From Bacteroidales bacterium (GTDB lineage: Bacteria; Bacteroidota; Bacteroidia; Bacteroidales; GCA-2748055), in NCBI GenBank assembly GCA_030673645.1, contig DAOVIO010000004.1:4641-68640 (forward strand): a stretch of DNA of 64,000 bases, written 5' to 3'. Every line of letters starts with the position of its first letter. Positions within the stretch are counted from its first letter, which is position 1. The notes below the pieces were generated by a model that was not told the DNA's origin, did no database searches, and saw nothing but the letters and a program-made list of their open reading frames with translations. The translations under genes were made by a program, and so were the position numbers. This document shows, piece after piece, positions 1 to 10,827 of this stretch.

Positions 1-162
1 ATTAGGATGACGTCGTTCAAGAAAAAATTGGCCGTCTAGATATTATCTAAGGCGCAATAATACAGCCAAATACGCGACATTGCCACCAAAAAAACAATTT
101 TTTTTATGGAATTTCAATTCCCCCTGCATCCTACATGTGAAGTTAAACAAAAACTAAATGTC

Positions 163-2043
163 ATGAGAAAAATTATTGCATATTTCGTAATTCTGTTAAT
201 CACAAGCATGAGCATACAGGCTCAAAGTAGGACTATAACAGGTACCGTTAGTGATGAACAAGGAACAGTGCTCGTAGGAGCATCTGTAAAAGTTAAGGGG
301 AAAAATCTAAAAACACTTACAAATTATCAGGGTAAGTATAGTATTCAGGTTAGCTCCGGACACACTCACTTAATATTCTCTTTCATCGGATTTGAAAGTC
401 GTGATGTAAAAATTTCGGGTCGTTCAATAATCAATGTTAAGCTAAAGTACTCCAAAATGGAAATGGATGAAGAGATATCAACCAGTGTTGAGGAATTATC
501 CCGACCAAAATTGGACAATATAAGAGGCTACACCGGAAAAAAAATAATGCATGAATCACAGGCCATGTATTTTGCTGATGGCGCTTCTGTCGATTATTAT
601 CAAGTTCAGTTTAACACAGAAGGCTATTCAACTATTCATGAAAACGGATATAAAAACGTTAACAACGCACCACTTTCAACATTTTCAATTGATGTAGACA
701 GAGCTTCTTATTCTAATGTTCGAAGATTCCTGAATAGTGGACAAATGCCACCAAAAGATGCGGTAAGAATAGAGGAGATGATCAACTATTTCTCTTATAA
801 TTATATTGAGCCGGAAGACGAACACCCTTTTTCTGTCAGTACCGAACTTTCTGTTTGTCCCTGGAATACTAAACATCAGTTATTACATGTAGGATTAAAA
901 GGGATGGATATTGATAAAGATGAATTGCCTGCATCCAACCTGGTATTTTTAATTGATGTGTCAGGATCTATGAATTCCCAAAATAAACTTGGACTTTTAA
1001 AGTCTGCATTTAAAATGCTGGTTAATCAACTTCGAGCTGAAGATAAAGTATCCATAGTAGTTTATGCCGGTGCTGCCGGACTCGTTTTGGAACCAACCTC
1101 TGGAAGTAATAAGCAGAAAATTCTTGAATCAATTGAAAGACTTAGTGCAGGCGGATCTACTGCCGGTGGAGCAGGCCTGGCGCTTGCTTATAAAACAGCG
1201 ACAGAGAATTTTATTGAGGATGGCAATAACCGGATTATTCTAGCTACTGACGGTGATTTTAATGTAGGAGCTTCTTCTAATGCAGAAATGGAGAGAATGA
1301 TTGAAAAAGAGAGAGAAAAAGGTATCTATATGACCGTCCTTGGATTTGGAATGGGCAATTACAAAGACGACAAAATGGAGATAATTGCCGATAAGGGGAA
1401 TGGGAATTATGCCTATATCGATAATATCCAGGAGGCAAGGAAAGTACTTGTTAATGAATTTGGCGGAACTTTATTCACTATTGCCAAAGATGTAAAATTC
1501 CAATTGGAGTTTAATCCGCAAAGAGTAAAAGCCTACCGTTTAATAGGATATGAGAACAGATTGTTAAACGATGAAGATTTTAACGACGATAAAAAAGATG
1601 CAGGCGAAATGGGTGCCGGACATACGGTTACTGCTCTTTATGAAATTATCCCCGCCGGATCTGACGAAAGTATTTATAAGATAGATCCGTTGAAGTATCA
1701 GGAAAATAAAGATGCAAAAGAGATCCGTCCCGACAAAAACGCAGAACTGCTTACCATAAAACTTCGTTACAAAAAACCAGACGGATTTAAAAGCATCCTG
1801 ATTGAAAGATCGGTTCAGGGCAAGATCAAAGATAGAAATGAGCTTTCAGCAAACTTCAGATTTAGTGCAGCAGTTGCAGAATTCGGACTTCTTCTCAGAG
1901 ATTCTGAATTCAAAGCAAACGCCAGCCTCGAACAGGTTGTTGAGCTTGCAAAAAGTGCAAAAGGAGAAGATGAAAAAGGATACCGGTCTGAGTTTATAAA
2001 GCTGGTTCAGGCAACCGGCGGACTTGCAAAATTAGAGAATTAA
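163..2043 (+). CDS. Secreted VWA-domain protein (YfbK-like) with N-terminal carboxypeptidase-regulatory-like domain
   Basis: Signal peptide from ATG at 163 (MRKIIAYF...); 'TITGTVSD..GASVKVKG' domain; PLSTFSIDVD; MIDAS motif 'LIDVSGSM'; 'LATDGDFNVG'. Confidence 0.9.
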   Translation: MRKIIAYFVILLITSMSIQAQSRTITGTVSDEQGTVLVGASVKVKGKNLKTLTNYQGKYSIQVSSGHTHLIFSFIGFESRDVKISGRSIINVKLKYSKMEMDEEISTSVEELSRPKLDNIRGYTGKKIMHESQAMYFADGASVDYYQVQFNTEGYSTIHENGYKNVNNAPLSTFSIDVDRASYSNVRRFLNSGQMPPKDAVRIEEMINYFSYNYIEPEDEHPFSVSTELSVCPWNTKHQLLHVGLKGMDIDKDELPASNLVFLIDVSGSMNSQNKLGLLKSAFKMLVNQLRAEDKVSIVVYAGAAGLVLEPTSGSNKQKILESIERLSAGGSTAGGAGLALAYKTATENFIEDGNNRIILATDGDFNVGASSNAEMERMIEKEREKGIYMTVLGFGMGNYKDDKMEIIADKGNGNYAYIDNIQEARKVLVNEFGGTLFTIAKDVKFQLEFNPQRVKAYRLIGYENRLLNDEDFNDDKKDAGEMGAGHTVTALYEIIPAGSDESIYKIDPLKYQENKDAKEIRPDKNAELLTIKLRYKKPDGFKSILIERSVQGKIKDRNELSANFRFSAAVAEFGLLLRDSEFKANASLEQVVELAKSAKGEDEKGYRSEFIKLVQATGGLAKLEN

Positions 2044-2087
2044 AAATATGGTGGAAAATCCACCTGACTTTCGGTATATTGGTTTTA

Positions 2088-2121
2088 AAGGCCGCCTTGG
2101 AAATTTCTGAGGCGGTTTTTT
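2088..2121 (+). terminator. Rho-independent terminator
   Basis: aaggccgccttgg-aaattt-ctgaggcggttt stem followed by a T run, just after the VWA gene. Confidence 0.75.
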
Positions 2122-2294
2122 ATAAGAGCAATTCCTACAGCAATGAAGATAATTACTTGATTTATACTTGCCATGGAAAAAAAAGCACAATAATTTAACT
2201 CTTGATAATTTACCGGGACATTTCAGTTATATTAGTACCTGCAATGGAAAATTTTGATAGGAGATATTAGTCTGAAATATTTAAAATAAATAAT

Positions 2295-3371
2295 ATGCAC
2301 AAATCGCAGAAAAGATTATCATTCTTAGATCGGTATCTCACAATCTGGATATTTTCAGCAATGTTGGTTGGTGTTTTTTCAGGATATTTATTTCCTGATA
2401 TAGCTGCATTTTGGAACGGAATGAGTCGGGGAACGACAAATATTCCAATTGCAATTGGACTGATAATAATGATGTATCCACCCCTTGCGAAGGTTCGTTA
2501 TGAAGAGCTGAAAGATGTCTTTCGCAACCGTAAAGTCTTACTTCTGTCTTTAGTACAAAACTGGATTATTGGTCCAATTCTGATGTTTGTTCTTGCAATA
2601 GTTTTTCTTCGTGATTATCCTCATTATATGGCCGGATTAATTTTAATTGGTCTGGCAAGATGCATCGCTATGGTTATAGTATGGAACGATCTGGCAAAAG
2701 GCGATACGGAATATGCAGCTGGATTGGTTGCTTTTAATTCTATTTTTCAGGTTATCTTCTTTTCGTTCTATGCCTATGTATTTATAACGGTCCTGCCGGG
2801 ATGGTTAGGGCTCGAATCTTTCGAAGTAGATGTCACTATCGGACAAATTGCGAAAAGCGTTTTCATTTATCTTGGGATTCCATTTATTGCCGGGTTTTTA
2901 ACAAGATTTATACTTATTCGTGTAAAAACAAAAGAATGGTATCATAGAAAATTCATTCCAAAAATTAGTCCGCTGACACTGATAGCCTTGCTTTTTACCA
3001 TTTTGGTAATGTTTTCACTAAAGGGAGAATATATTGTCAAAATACCTCTTGATGTAGTCCGGATTGCCATTCCGCTGGTGATTTATTTTGTAATTATGTT
3101 TTTGCTTTCTTTTTTTATGGGGAAAAAGATTGGGGCGAATTATCCAATTACCACCACTATTGCTTTTACATCAGCCAGTAACAATTTTGAATTAGCAATT
3201 GCCGTTGCCATTGCCGTTTTTGGTATTAACTCAGGCGAGGCTTTTGCAGCAGTGATCGGGCCGCTGGTTGAAGTGCCGGTTTTGATATTACTTGTAAATG
3301 TTGCACTGAAATTTCAAAAGAAGTATTTTGTAGATGAAGGGGAATCGGTAGTTGTGAGCGAGAAGGGTTAA
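2295..3371 (+). CDS. acr3: ACR3 family arsenite efflux transporter
   Basis: [41 protein letters not shown] and GPLVEVP motifs. Confidence 0.95.
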   Translation: MHKSQKRLSFLDRYLTIWIFSAMLVGVFSGYLFPDIAAFWNGMSRGTTNIPIAIGLIIMMYPPLAKVRYEELKDVFRNRKVLLLSLVQNWIIGPILMFVLAIVFLRDYPHYMAGLILIGLARCIAMVIVWNDLAKGDTEYAAGLVAFNSIFQVIFFSFYAYVFITVLPGWLGLESFEVDVTIGQIAKSVFIYLGIPFIAGFLTRFILIRVKTKEWYHRKFIPKISPLTLIALLFTILVMFSLKGEYIVKIPLDVVRIAIPLVIYFVIMFLLSFFMGKKIGANYPITTTIAFTSASNNFELAIAVAIAVFGINSGEAFAAVIGPLVEVPVLILLVNVALKFQKKYFVDEGESVVVSEKG

Positions 3372-3382
3372 AATTATAAATC

Positions 3383-3592
3383 ATGAAGGTATTCCAGCTT
3401 AAATCGACCATTACTTGTCCTGTGTGCGGACATACAAAAGAAGAAATTATGCCGGAAGACTCTTGTCAATTTTTCTATGACTGCGAAAACTGTAAAACAA
3501 TTATTAAACCTAAAAAAGGCGACTGTTGCGTTTATTGTTCTTATGGAACAGTAAAGTGTCCTCCCATTCAGGCTGGCGAAAAGTGTTGTTAG
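3383..3592 (+). CDS. GDCCVxC-domain small cysteine-rich metal-binding protein
   Basis: TITCPVCGH..E.MP..C..FY.C..C...KPKKGDCCVYCSYG..KCPPIQ. Confidence 0.9.
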   Translation: MKVFQLKSTITCPVCGHTKEEIMPEDSCQFFYDCENCKTIIKPKKGDCCVYCSYGTVKCPPIQAGEKCC

Positions 3593-3755
3593 TGAAATTA
3601 TTTAAAATATCAATCCTTTTTGCCATTGACGGTTGTGATAATAAATGTGGTTTAATTCTCAGACACTTCAAGTTGAAAATTAATTTATTTGTAGTGCAAA
3701 CACCTTATAACATCTAGATGGCTCTGCTTAGGGGTGATATATTCAAAATGTGTTA

Positions 3756-4391
3756 TTAGAGCCATTCTTTTGGTTTTTTAATTACATAGCCATCATACTT
3801 TGAGACATCATTCTCAAATTGACTATCCATAAGTTTTTTGCGACCAATTGTCATTGAGCCTTTAGCTACAAGCGAAACAGAATTATTATGTCGTTTTGGG
3901 GGGAATGCAACAAAAACTCTTTTATTACTGAAATTCTCATGTATTGCTTTAATAGGAGGAACAAGATCGCTGTCTCCAGAGATTAGCATAGCCATATCAT
4001 ATTTATCCTGGTAGGCATCAATGAGCATCTGTGTAGCAATATTCACATCTGTCATTTTTTCATTAAAAGTAGGCCAAATATTACCACAGCGATTACACTC
4101 AAATCTATCACGTTGGTAGTGACCGTAAAATATTTTAATACCTACAGACTCTAAGGCTTCAATATAAAGAGTTTGTCTTTTCTGCTTATCGGGATTATTA
4201 CTCACCCTACTAGTAAAGTATTTTATCTCTTTGATATCTTGCTTGGTTAGCAACAAATTTTTAATTAACAAATTCAAATTAAGCCATTTGAGATTAGTGT
4301 ATCCAGCTTCCATCATTCCAAAATATAGGTTAAAACCATCAACATAAACGATTACTCTTTCTTTTCTTGTGTTTTCTTTTGCATTTGTCAT
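3756..4391 (-). CDS. NYN-domain (LabA/DUF88-like, PIN fold) putative RNase with CxxC insert
   Basis: VYVDGFNLY, EKMTDVNIA and SGDSDL acidic motifs; CNRCG. Confidence 0.88.
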   Translation of the reverse strand: MTNAKENTRKERVIVYVDGFNLYFGMMEAGYTNLKWLNLNLLIKNLLLTKQDIKEIKYFTSRVSNNPDKQKRQTLYIEALESVGIKIFYGHYQRDRFECNRCGNIWPTFNEKMTDVNIATQMLIDAYQDKYDMAMLISGDSDLVPPIKAIHENFSNKRVFVAFPPKRHNNSVSLVAKGSMTIGRKKLMDSQFENDVSKYDGYVIKKPKEWL

Positions 4392-4402
4392 AATATATAT
4401 TG

Positions 4403-4473
4403 TATATTTGCATCATAACATCACTGAAGATAGCATCTTCAGCCTGACGCTCCGTAAGGAGCGTTTCTTTTTT
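4403..4473 (+). ncRNA. Candidate small RNA unit (promoter, hairpin, terminator) divergent from the NYN gene
   Basis: TATATTTG (TAnnTTTG) at 4403-4410; hairpin ctgaagat-agc-atcttcag 4424-4442; hairpin acgctcc-gtaa-ggagcgt then T-rich tract 4447-4473; no ORF. Confidence 0.45.
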
Positions 4474-4692
4474 ATTCTATTCCAACATTTTTTCTCCCAA
4501 ATAAAACCAATTGCAAGTCTGCGCTTACACGAATATGTAGATTAAATTTAGGCAAGTTTTTTTAAATAGGGATAAATTTATGCTTTTTATTCCCGCTAAA
4601 TTGGGATTTCATAGTTATACATTTGAATGTTTTTAGGGAGATCACTAATCAATCCTTAGATAAGCGAAAAATTTATATACACAAGGATTAGA

Positions 4693-5871
4693 TTACATAT
4701 ACTGATTCAACTCAATCAGAGTTTTACTCAAATCCCTCTCCAAATCTATCAGCTTATTAAAACTTTCATAATAAATTGTGAGCTCAAGAATATATTCAAT
4801 CAAAGAAATCTCGCCATTATCCAATGCTTTTATTAGCAATTCTGAATTGTCAAATGAGAGGAGATTTACCCTATAATCATTTGCGTTTTTTTGTAAACTG
4901 ATAGCCTTGTTGTGTAAAGTGATTAGTTGATTGTATAGCTGTAATTTGTTATCTGTTTTTATACTTTCCATGGCCAGTGTATTTGTTCTGGCATATTTCA
5001 CTGTATTCTTATTTTCCCACAGAGGGAGGCTTAGACCAAAAGTAATTCCCTGATATTGCTGTCCTATAACCTTTTCACTCATATAACCGGTTTGAATCTT
5101 AGGTAATGACATTGCTCTGCTGAGTTTTTCCTGCTTTTGACTTAATTCAACTTCCTGCTTCAACCAGCTTAACAATGGACTGTTTTCCTCAGCGATTAAA
5201 TACCATTGTTCAAAATCAGCAGGGATTTCAGGAATCAGAAAAGAGCTTTCGCTAAAGTCAATAAATACTCCACCATTCAATCGTGTTAATTCAGCTAAAA
5301 GAGCGCTTTTTTCAACCTCTTTCGATTCTAATTCAACACTGATATTTAATAGATTTAATTGCGCCTTATTGTATTCAATAATATTCGTTTCCCCATAGTC
5401 GTACTTCGATTTATATGAATTCGCAATGCCATCAGCATGAGTAAGTCTTTTAGATAATTCAAATAATAGAGCATTTACATGAACCAGATCATTACAAATT
5501 ATTCGAGTCTCCAACATAAGAGCTTTTAATTGTGCCTGATATTGTTGTTCTGTTTGCTCATTTTTTAGATTGGAAATTTGATTTTTATATCTGTAAGTCG
5601 TTGGGAAATCAAAACTCTGTTTAAAGATTATATTTGTTTTATTGCCAATTACAGCAGGACCTCCCCACAAATAACCTAGTTCAAGGACAGGGTTTTGCAG
5701 GTAAATTCCTGTTTTATTGCCAATTTTTTCAGCTTCAACACTTTGTCTTAAGGCTATGAGGGTTGTATTGTTCTTCTCAACTTCACTCAACACGTTGTCA
5801 ATCGGGCTTTGAGAAAAAGTGTTTGCGCTAAATGTGACGATGCTAATTAAAGCTATTATTAGACTTTTCAT
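4693..5871 (-). CDS. TolC-family outer-membrane efflux protein
   Basis: Signal peptide from ATG 5871 (MKSLII); helical OEP-like repeats; 'GLSLPLW'; follows the RND pump gene. Confidence 0.85.
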   Translation of the reverse strand: MKSLIIALISIVTFSANTFSQSPIDNVLSEVEKNNTTLIALRQSVEAEKIGNKTGIYLQNPVLELGYLWGGPAVIGNKTNIIFKQSFDFPTTYRYKNQISNLKNEQTEQQYQAQLKALMLETRIICNDLVHVNALLFELSKRLTHADGIANSYKSKYDYGETNIIEYNKAQLNLLNISVELESKEVEKSALLAELTRLNGGVFIDFSESSFLIPEIPADFEQWYLIAEENSPLLSWLKQEVELSQKQEKLSRAMSLPKIQTGYMSEKVIGQQYQGITFGLSLPLWENKNTVKYARTNTLAMESIKTDNKLQLYNQLITLHNKAISLQKNANDYRVNLLSFDNSELLIKALDNGEISLIEYILELTIYYESFNKLIDLERDLSKTLIELNQYM

Positions 5872-5959
5872 TTCACAACAATTTATTATTAATGGTCCTA
5901 TGCTTCTCAATTCGAATTTGTTTCGTAGTTCGATTCATATTAGTAAGTTAATACGTATA

Positions 5960-8900
5960 TTATACTTCTTTTGATTTGATAATCTTGCGGTTATTCAGGA
6001 TGCTAAAAACGATAGGTACAACATAAATATTAAGCAGGGTAGATGTTAGCAAGCCACCTAAAATAACCTTTGCCATTGGACTTTGAATTTCATTTCCCGA
6101 TAAATTTCCTTTTAATACAAGCGGAATAAGTGCGAGAGCTGCTGTTAATGCAGTCATTAAAATAGCGTTCAGCCTGTCAGTAGATCCTTTTACTACTGTT
6201 TCTGATATAGATATATCCCGATTTAGCAATTTTTGGTAATTAGAAATTAAGAGAATTCCATTTCGGGTTGCAATACCAAAAAGCGTGATAAATCCAATAA
6301 TTGCCGGAATACTCAATATGCCTGAAGTAAAGTATATTGAAAAGACACCGCCAATTAATGCCAGAGGTAAATTAAGTAAAATGATACCTGCCAGTTTGAA
6401 ATTTTTAAATTCCTGAAATAATAGCAGAAAAATTATCAAAATTGAAAAAATTGAAGTTAGCATAAGAGTTCGGGAAGCTTTTGCCTCGCTTTCAAACTGT
6501 CCGCCATACTCAATCCTATAGTTTTCAGGTAAGTGAATATTCTCATCAATATTTATCCGAATATCTTCAACCACACCACGTAAATCGCGATCCGCGACAT
6601 TTGCAGAAATCACAATTTTACGCTGCACATTCTCTCTGTTAATTGAAGCCGGACCCGATACCGATACAATGTCAGCGACCAGCGCCAGAGGAACTTTTTT
6701 CCCATCTCCGGTATCTATTAAAGCAGAGCGGATTCCCTCAATTGTCTCTGTATAATCTTTATTCAGCCTTAATATTAATCCGAAGCTCCGTTGACCCTCA
6801 TAAATATCTCCGAGCTTTTCGCCCCCAAAGCCCATATCAATAAAGTCATTAAATTGCTCCAATGTGATACCATAATTGGCTAACATATCCCTGTTGGCCC
6901 TTATCTGAATCTGCGGTATGTCAACTTGTTGATCTACATTGACATCAACCAATCCTTCTACATCAATGATTGAGTTCTTCACTTGATTTCCAATAATAAA
7001 CATTTCATTCAAATCGTTACCAAAAAGTTTAATAGCTATGTTAGCCCGTGTTCCAGAAAGCATGTGATCTATTCTATGTCCTAAGGGCTGACCAACCGTG
7101 AAGGCTATTCCTGGAATTTTCGAAAGAGTTTCCCTGACATCAGAGAGAAATTCGGGCTGGCTTCTTTCATCAAGATTAAAGTTTATATCAATTTCAGCGC
7201 TATTGGTTGTTTGTGAGTGTGCATCAAGTTCACCACGCCCGGTTCTTCTTGCTGTGCTTGATATTTCGTGAATAGAAAGCATTTCAGATTCAATCAAATT
7301 TCCTAATCGGTTACTTTCTTCAAGTGAAGTTCCTGGCTTTGTAACTACAGAAAGAGTAAGTGACCCTTCATTAAATTCAGGTAGAAAACTTCGGCCTAAT
7401 GTTGAAAAAACAAATATTGAAAGCGCAAACAATCCGAATGCAGGAAAGATAATAGCTTTTTTATGTTTCAACGACCACCGAAGCGATTGTTCATAGTAAT
7501 AAGTCAATTTTCGAACCAACCACTTCTCTTTTTCATTTTTTGCGAGATATTTATCTCCGGTTAGTAGCAATTTTGACAATAATGGAGTAAGTGTCATCGC
7601 TACGATTAAAGAAATAAACAAAGACACTATGAAGGATATTCCAAGTGGCTGTAACATTCTGCCTTCCATTCCCGAAAGAAAAAATAAGGGTAGAAATGCG
7701 ACCATAATAATTAAAGTTGCGTTTAAAATTGAAGACCTGATTTCCTTCGACGCTTCGAATACTACACTAAAGTCTGATTCTTTTTCTTCTTTGGGTTTTA
7801 GCCGATTTTGCCGCAAGCGTTTATATACATTCTCTACATCAATAATGGCATCATCTACCAGAGAACCAATGGCTATGGCCATTCCACCAAGACTCATAGT
7901 ATTTATGTTCAATCCCAAAACTTTCATCACCAAAATTGCGCCAAGCAAAGAAAGAGGAATTGCCAAAAGAGAAATTAATGTTGTCCGGAAACTTCCTAAG
8001 AATATAAACAGAATAATTACTACAAAAATTCCACCCTCAATTAAAGCATTTTTGACATTATTAACAGAAGTTTCAATGAAGTCTGCTTGTCTAAAAATTT
8101 TAGTATCCACTTTTACGTCTGCGGGTAATGTTTTCTGAAGCACAGCAAGATTATTTTCAATCTTTTCAGTTACCTCAAGAGTATTTGTATTTGGTTGTTT
8201 TGAAACGGAAATAATTATAGCCGGACTGGCATTTGATGATGCATGCCCTAGTTTTACCGCACTACCTATTACTACTTCTGCTAAATCTCTTATTTTAATT
8301 GGCTTACCATTTACAGATTTAATATATGAATTACCAATCGCTTCCAAATCTGATGTTCGTCCTATTCCTCGAATCACATATTCATTTCCATATTGTCTTG
8401 TAACACCACCGGAGGAATTTTGACTGACACCCTTGCAAGTTGCAGCAAGCTCTGTTAAAGAAACATTGTAAAATTTCATCCTTTCAGGGTTAGCCAAAAC
8501 CTGATATTCTTTAAATTCCCCTCCAATTATTGTTACTTGTGATACACCCCCGGTCGCTAAAATCAGTGGTTTCAAATTCCATTCGGCAATAGTACGGAGC
8601 TCCATCATACTTGTGCTGTCAGCTGTCATACCTATAAAAAAGATTTCGCCCATTACACTCGATTGCGGAGCCATAATTGGCTGTTCAATTCCTAAGGGCA
8701 TCTGTGAAGAAATGGTCATTAGTTTTTCGCTAACAATTTGTCTTGCTTTGAAAATGTCTGTTCCCCAATCAAATTCCACCCACACAAAAGAAAATCCCTG
8801 TGATGAATTAGATCTTACACGGCGCACATCTGTGGCACCGTTTACTGCTGTTTCTATTGGGAAGCTTACTAATCGCTCCACTTCCTCGGAAGCCATACCG

Positions 8901-9061
8901 TGAGCGTCGGTCATTACAACCACCGTGGGAGCAGTCAGATCTGGAAACACATCAACATCCATGTTTATGGCCGTTCTGGTTCCTACTACTACCAATGTTA
9001 ATGAAAAAAGTAAAATCAGATATTTGTTCTTCAAAGAGAACTTTATAATATTATTTAACAT
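5960..9061 (-). CDS. CusA/CzcA-family heavy-metal RND efflux permease
   Basis: VDVFPDLTAP, EVERLVSFPIE, GSLVDDAIIDVEN, FLPEFNEG, R..AILMTALTA. Confidence 0.95.
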   Translation of the reverse strand: MLNNIIKFSLKNKYLILLFSLTLVVVGTRTAINMDVDVFPDLTAPTVVVMTDAHGMASEEVERLVSFPIETAVNGATDVRRVRSNSSQGFSFVWVEFDWGTDIFKARQIVSEKLMTISSQMPLGIEQPIMAPQSSVMGEIFFIGMTADSTSMMELRTIAEWNLKPLILATGGVSQVTIIGGEFKEYQVLANPERMKFYNVSLTELAATCKGVSQNSSGGVTRQYGNEYVIRGIGRTSDLEAIGNSYIKSVNGKPIKIRDLAEVVIGSAVKLGHASSNASPAIIISVSKQPNTNTLEVTEKIENNLAVLQKTLPADVKVDTKIFRQADFIETSVNNVKNALIEGGIFVVIILFIFLGSFRTTLISLLAIPLSLLGAILVMKVLGLNINTMSLGGMAIAIGSLVDDAIIDVENVYKRLRQNRLKPKEEKESDFSVVFEASKEIRSSILNATLIIMVAFLPLFFLSGMEGRMLQPLGISFIVSLFISLIVAMTLTPLLSKLLLTGDKYLAKNEKEKWLVRKLTYYYEQSLRWSLKHKKAIIFPAFGLFALSIFVFSTLGRSFLPEFNEGSLTLSVVTKPGTSLEESNRLGNLIESEMLSIHEISSTARRTGRGELDAHSQTTNSAEIDINFNLDERSQPEFLSDVRETLSKIPGIAFTVGQPLGHRIDHMLSGTRANIAIKLFGNDLNEMFIIGNQVKNSIIDVEGLVDVNVDQQVDIPQIQIRANRDMLANYGITLEQFNDFIDMGFGGEKLGDIYEGQRSFGLILRLNKDYTETIEGIRSALIDTGDGKKVPLALVADIVSVSGPASINRENVQRKIVISANVADRDLRGVVEDIRINIDENIHLPENYRIEYGGQFESEAKASRTLMLTSIFSILIIFLLLFQEFKNFKLAGIILLNLPLALIGGVFSIYFTSGILSIPAIIGFITLFGIATRNGILLISNYQKLLNRDISISETVVKGSTDRLNAILMTALTAALALIPLVLKGNLSGNEIQSPMAKVILGGLLTSTLLNIYVVPIVFSILNNRKIIKSKEV

Positions 9062-9072
9062 CGTTTCCTGGT

Positions 9073-10728
9073 TTAATGAATATGACCTGAATGAGCATCT
9101 AAGGCACCTGTTCCCTGTGCTAGCTTGATAAATATTGCTCCTAAGCTTACTATCCGTTCTTCTTGTTGGATTCCTTTTAATATCTCAGTTCTGAAGCCGT
9201 CCATTGAACCAACTTTTACTTCTCTTTTTTCAAAAAGTTCAGGTGTAATTTGAACGAAAACAAAGTAATTTCCCTGTTCTTCCAGGATGGCGGAATTTGG
9301 GATTGTCAATGCCTTTTCGTTAGTAATAGATTTCAAATAAAGTTCCACAAAACCGCCGGTCAGGAAGTTTTCTGTATTATCAATCTGAAAGGCAAAGGGA
9401 ATTAAGTAATTATCATAATTTGTACTCCTTCCATAGGACAAAATTTTACCGTTTAATTCTTCAAGAGTATAAGTTTTGTTATCGTGAAGGGTTCGAATGT
9501 CAGCAGAATTTATAGAACTTAAAATTCCGGCATACTTTTGCTGAATTTCAGCATGCAGAATTAGGACTTCATTTTTAGAAATACTCATAATAGCTTGTCC
9601 GGATTCTACATATTCACCATTTTTAACAAAAAGTTGATTTATGAATCCAGTAATCGGACTTTTTACAATTTGTCCGGAGGCGTTAAAATTCCTACTCAGA
9701 TTATCATAAATTACTTTTGCATTATCGTATTGATTTTTTGTATAAAGTAGATCTTTTTCAGAGATAATTTTGTCTTTTGCAAGCTCTTTTGATCTATCAT
9801 AGTCGGCTTTAGCTTTTTCATAATTGTTTTGAGCCTCCATAAATCTTACAGTGGAATTATTGTCGGCAAAATCTTTTCCAGAAATTGAAAACAGGTTCTG
9901 TTCTTTCAATACGCTAATTCCTTCCAGTAAATTTATTTTTGAAAGAGTCACAACACCATTTGTTTTCGCAGAAACTAAAACCTCATCTGCCTGGGCAGAT
10001 TGTACCTGAGCAGTGGTTTTAATTACCTGACCAAAGGCTTCCTTTTTTGGCTGTTCTGTGGCGAAATCTATCAACCACGATTGCTCTTTTGTAAAGACGG
10101 TAGTATTTGTTGTTGAAATAGACTCATTTTCGTGTTCTGCGCCGTGTATTGCTTCATGAGCATCATCATATACAAAAATATTCGGCACGGATATTTTAAA
10201 GTTTTCGTTTTCAAGGGCTATTTCAAAAACTATGCTTCCGCTGCCCATTATTTTAGGTTCAATATTGAAGATATAAATGCCCTTTCTTATTGGAGTTTCC
10301 TGGATTTGTGTAGTTTCATTACCATCGACAATTAAACGAATGCTAACTTTTCCGTCTTCCAGTGGTGAAAAGTCTTTTAAATGTGTAAAGTGGGCAAGGA
10401 CCATTGATGATTCACCTGTTACGAATGGATCAGCCTCAGCAAAAACTTCAAAATTCTGGCTATAAGACGTGAATTGAATTTTGACGTCTTCATGATTATG
10501 AGCTTGATCATTTTCGCTTTGAGGACCATGATCCTCAGGTTCTTCTTGCTCATTGTTGTGATCATGAATATCTTCACTGTGATCAATATGATCTGTGCCT
10601 TCTTGTAACACATTATGCTTATCATGATTGTGCTCACTGTGATCACTATCATGGTCATGGTCGTGGCCAATGTGGCAACTAGCAACCATGAAAGCAAGTA
10701 TTAATGAAAAAATTATATTTCTTGTCAT
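9073..10728 (-). CDS. RND periplasmic adaptor lipoprotein with His-rich N-terminus (CzcB-like)
   Basis: Lipobox VASC; HDHDHDSDHSEHNH tract; KSPITGFI barrel-sandwich motif; ends in HSGHIH. Confidence 0.88.
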   Translation of the reverse strand: MTRNIIFSLILAFMVASCHIGHDHDHDSDHSEHNHDKHNVLQEGTDHIDHSEDIHDHNNEQEEPEDHGPQSENDQAHNHEDVKIQFTSYSQNFEVFAEADPFVTGESSMVLAHFTHLKDFSPLEDGKVSIRLIVDGNETTQIQETPIRKGIYIFNIEPKIMGSGSIVFEIALENENFKISVPNIFVYDDAHEAIHGAEHENESISTTNTTVFTKEQSWLIDFATEQPKKEAFGQVIKTTAQVQSAQADEVLVSAKTNGVVTLSKINLLEGISVLKEQNLFSISGKDFADNNSTVRFMEAQNNYEKAKADYDRSKELAKDKIISEKDLLYTKNQYDNAKVIYDNLSRNFNASGQIVKSPITGFINQLFVKNGEYVESGQAIMSISKNEVLILHAEIQQKYAGILSSINSADIRTLHDNKTYTLEELNGKILSYGRSTNYDNYLIPFAFQIDNTENFLTGGFVELYLKSITNEKALTIPNSAILEEQGNYFVFVQITPELFEKREVKVGSMDGFRTEILKGIQQEERIVSLGAIFIKLAQGTGALDAHSGHIH

Positions 10729-10827
10729 CAGAGATATTGTTAAATTTTATAATCAATTTGAAATGCAGACAAAATTGCATTAATGCATTTTGACGCCTGA
10801 GATAAGCAATCGAGAAGCTTAATAAAA

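Noticed and set aside
3383-3592. Selenoprotein
   Set aside because: The family includes Sec-containing members, but this copy has no in-frame TGA and ends at TAG.
7629-9128. Plus-strand ORFs inside the RND gene, and similar antisense ORFs across the window
   Set aside because: Shadow ORFs opposite well-supported genes, with no recognisable motifs.
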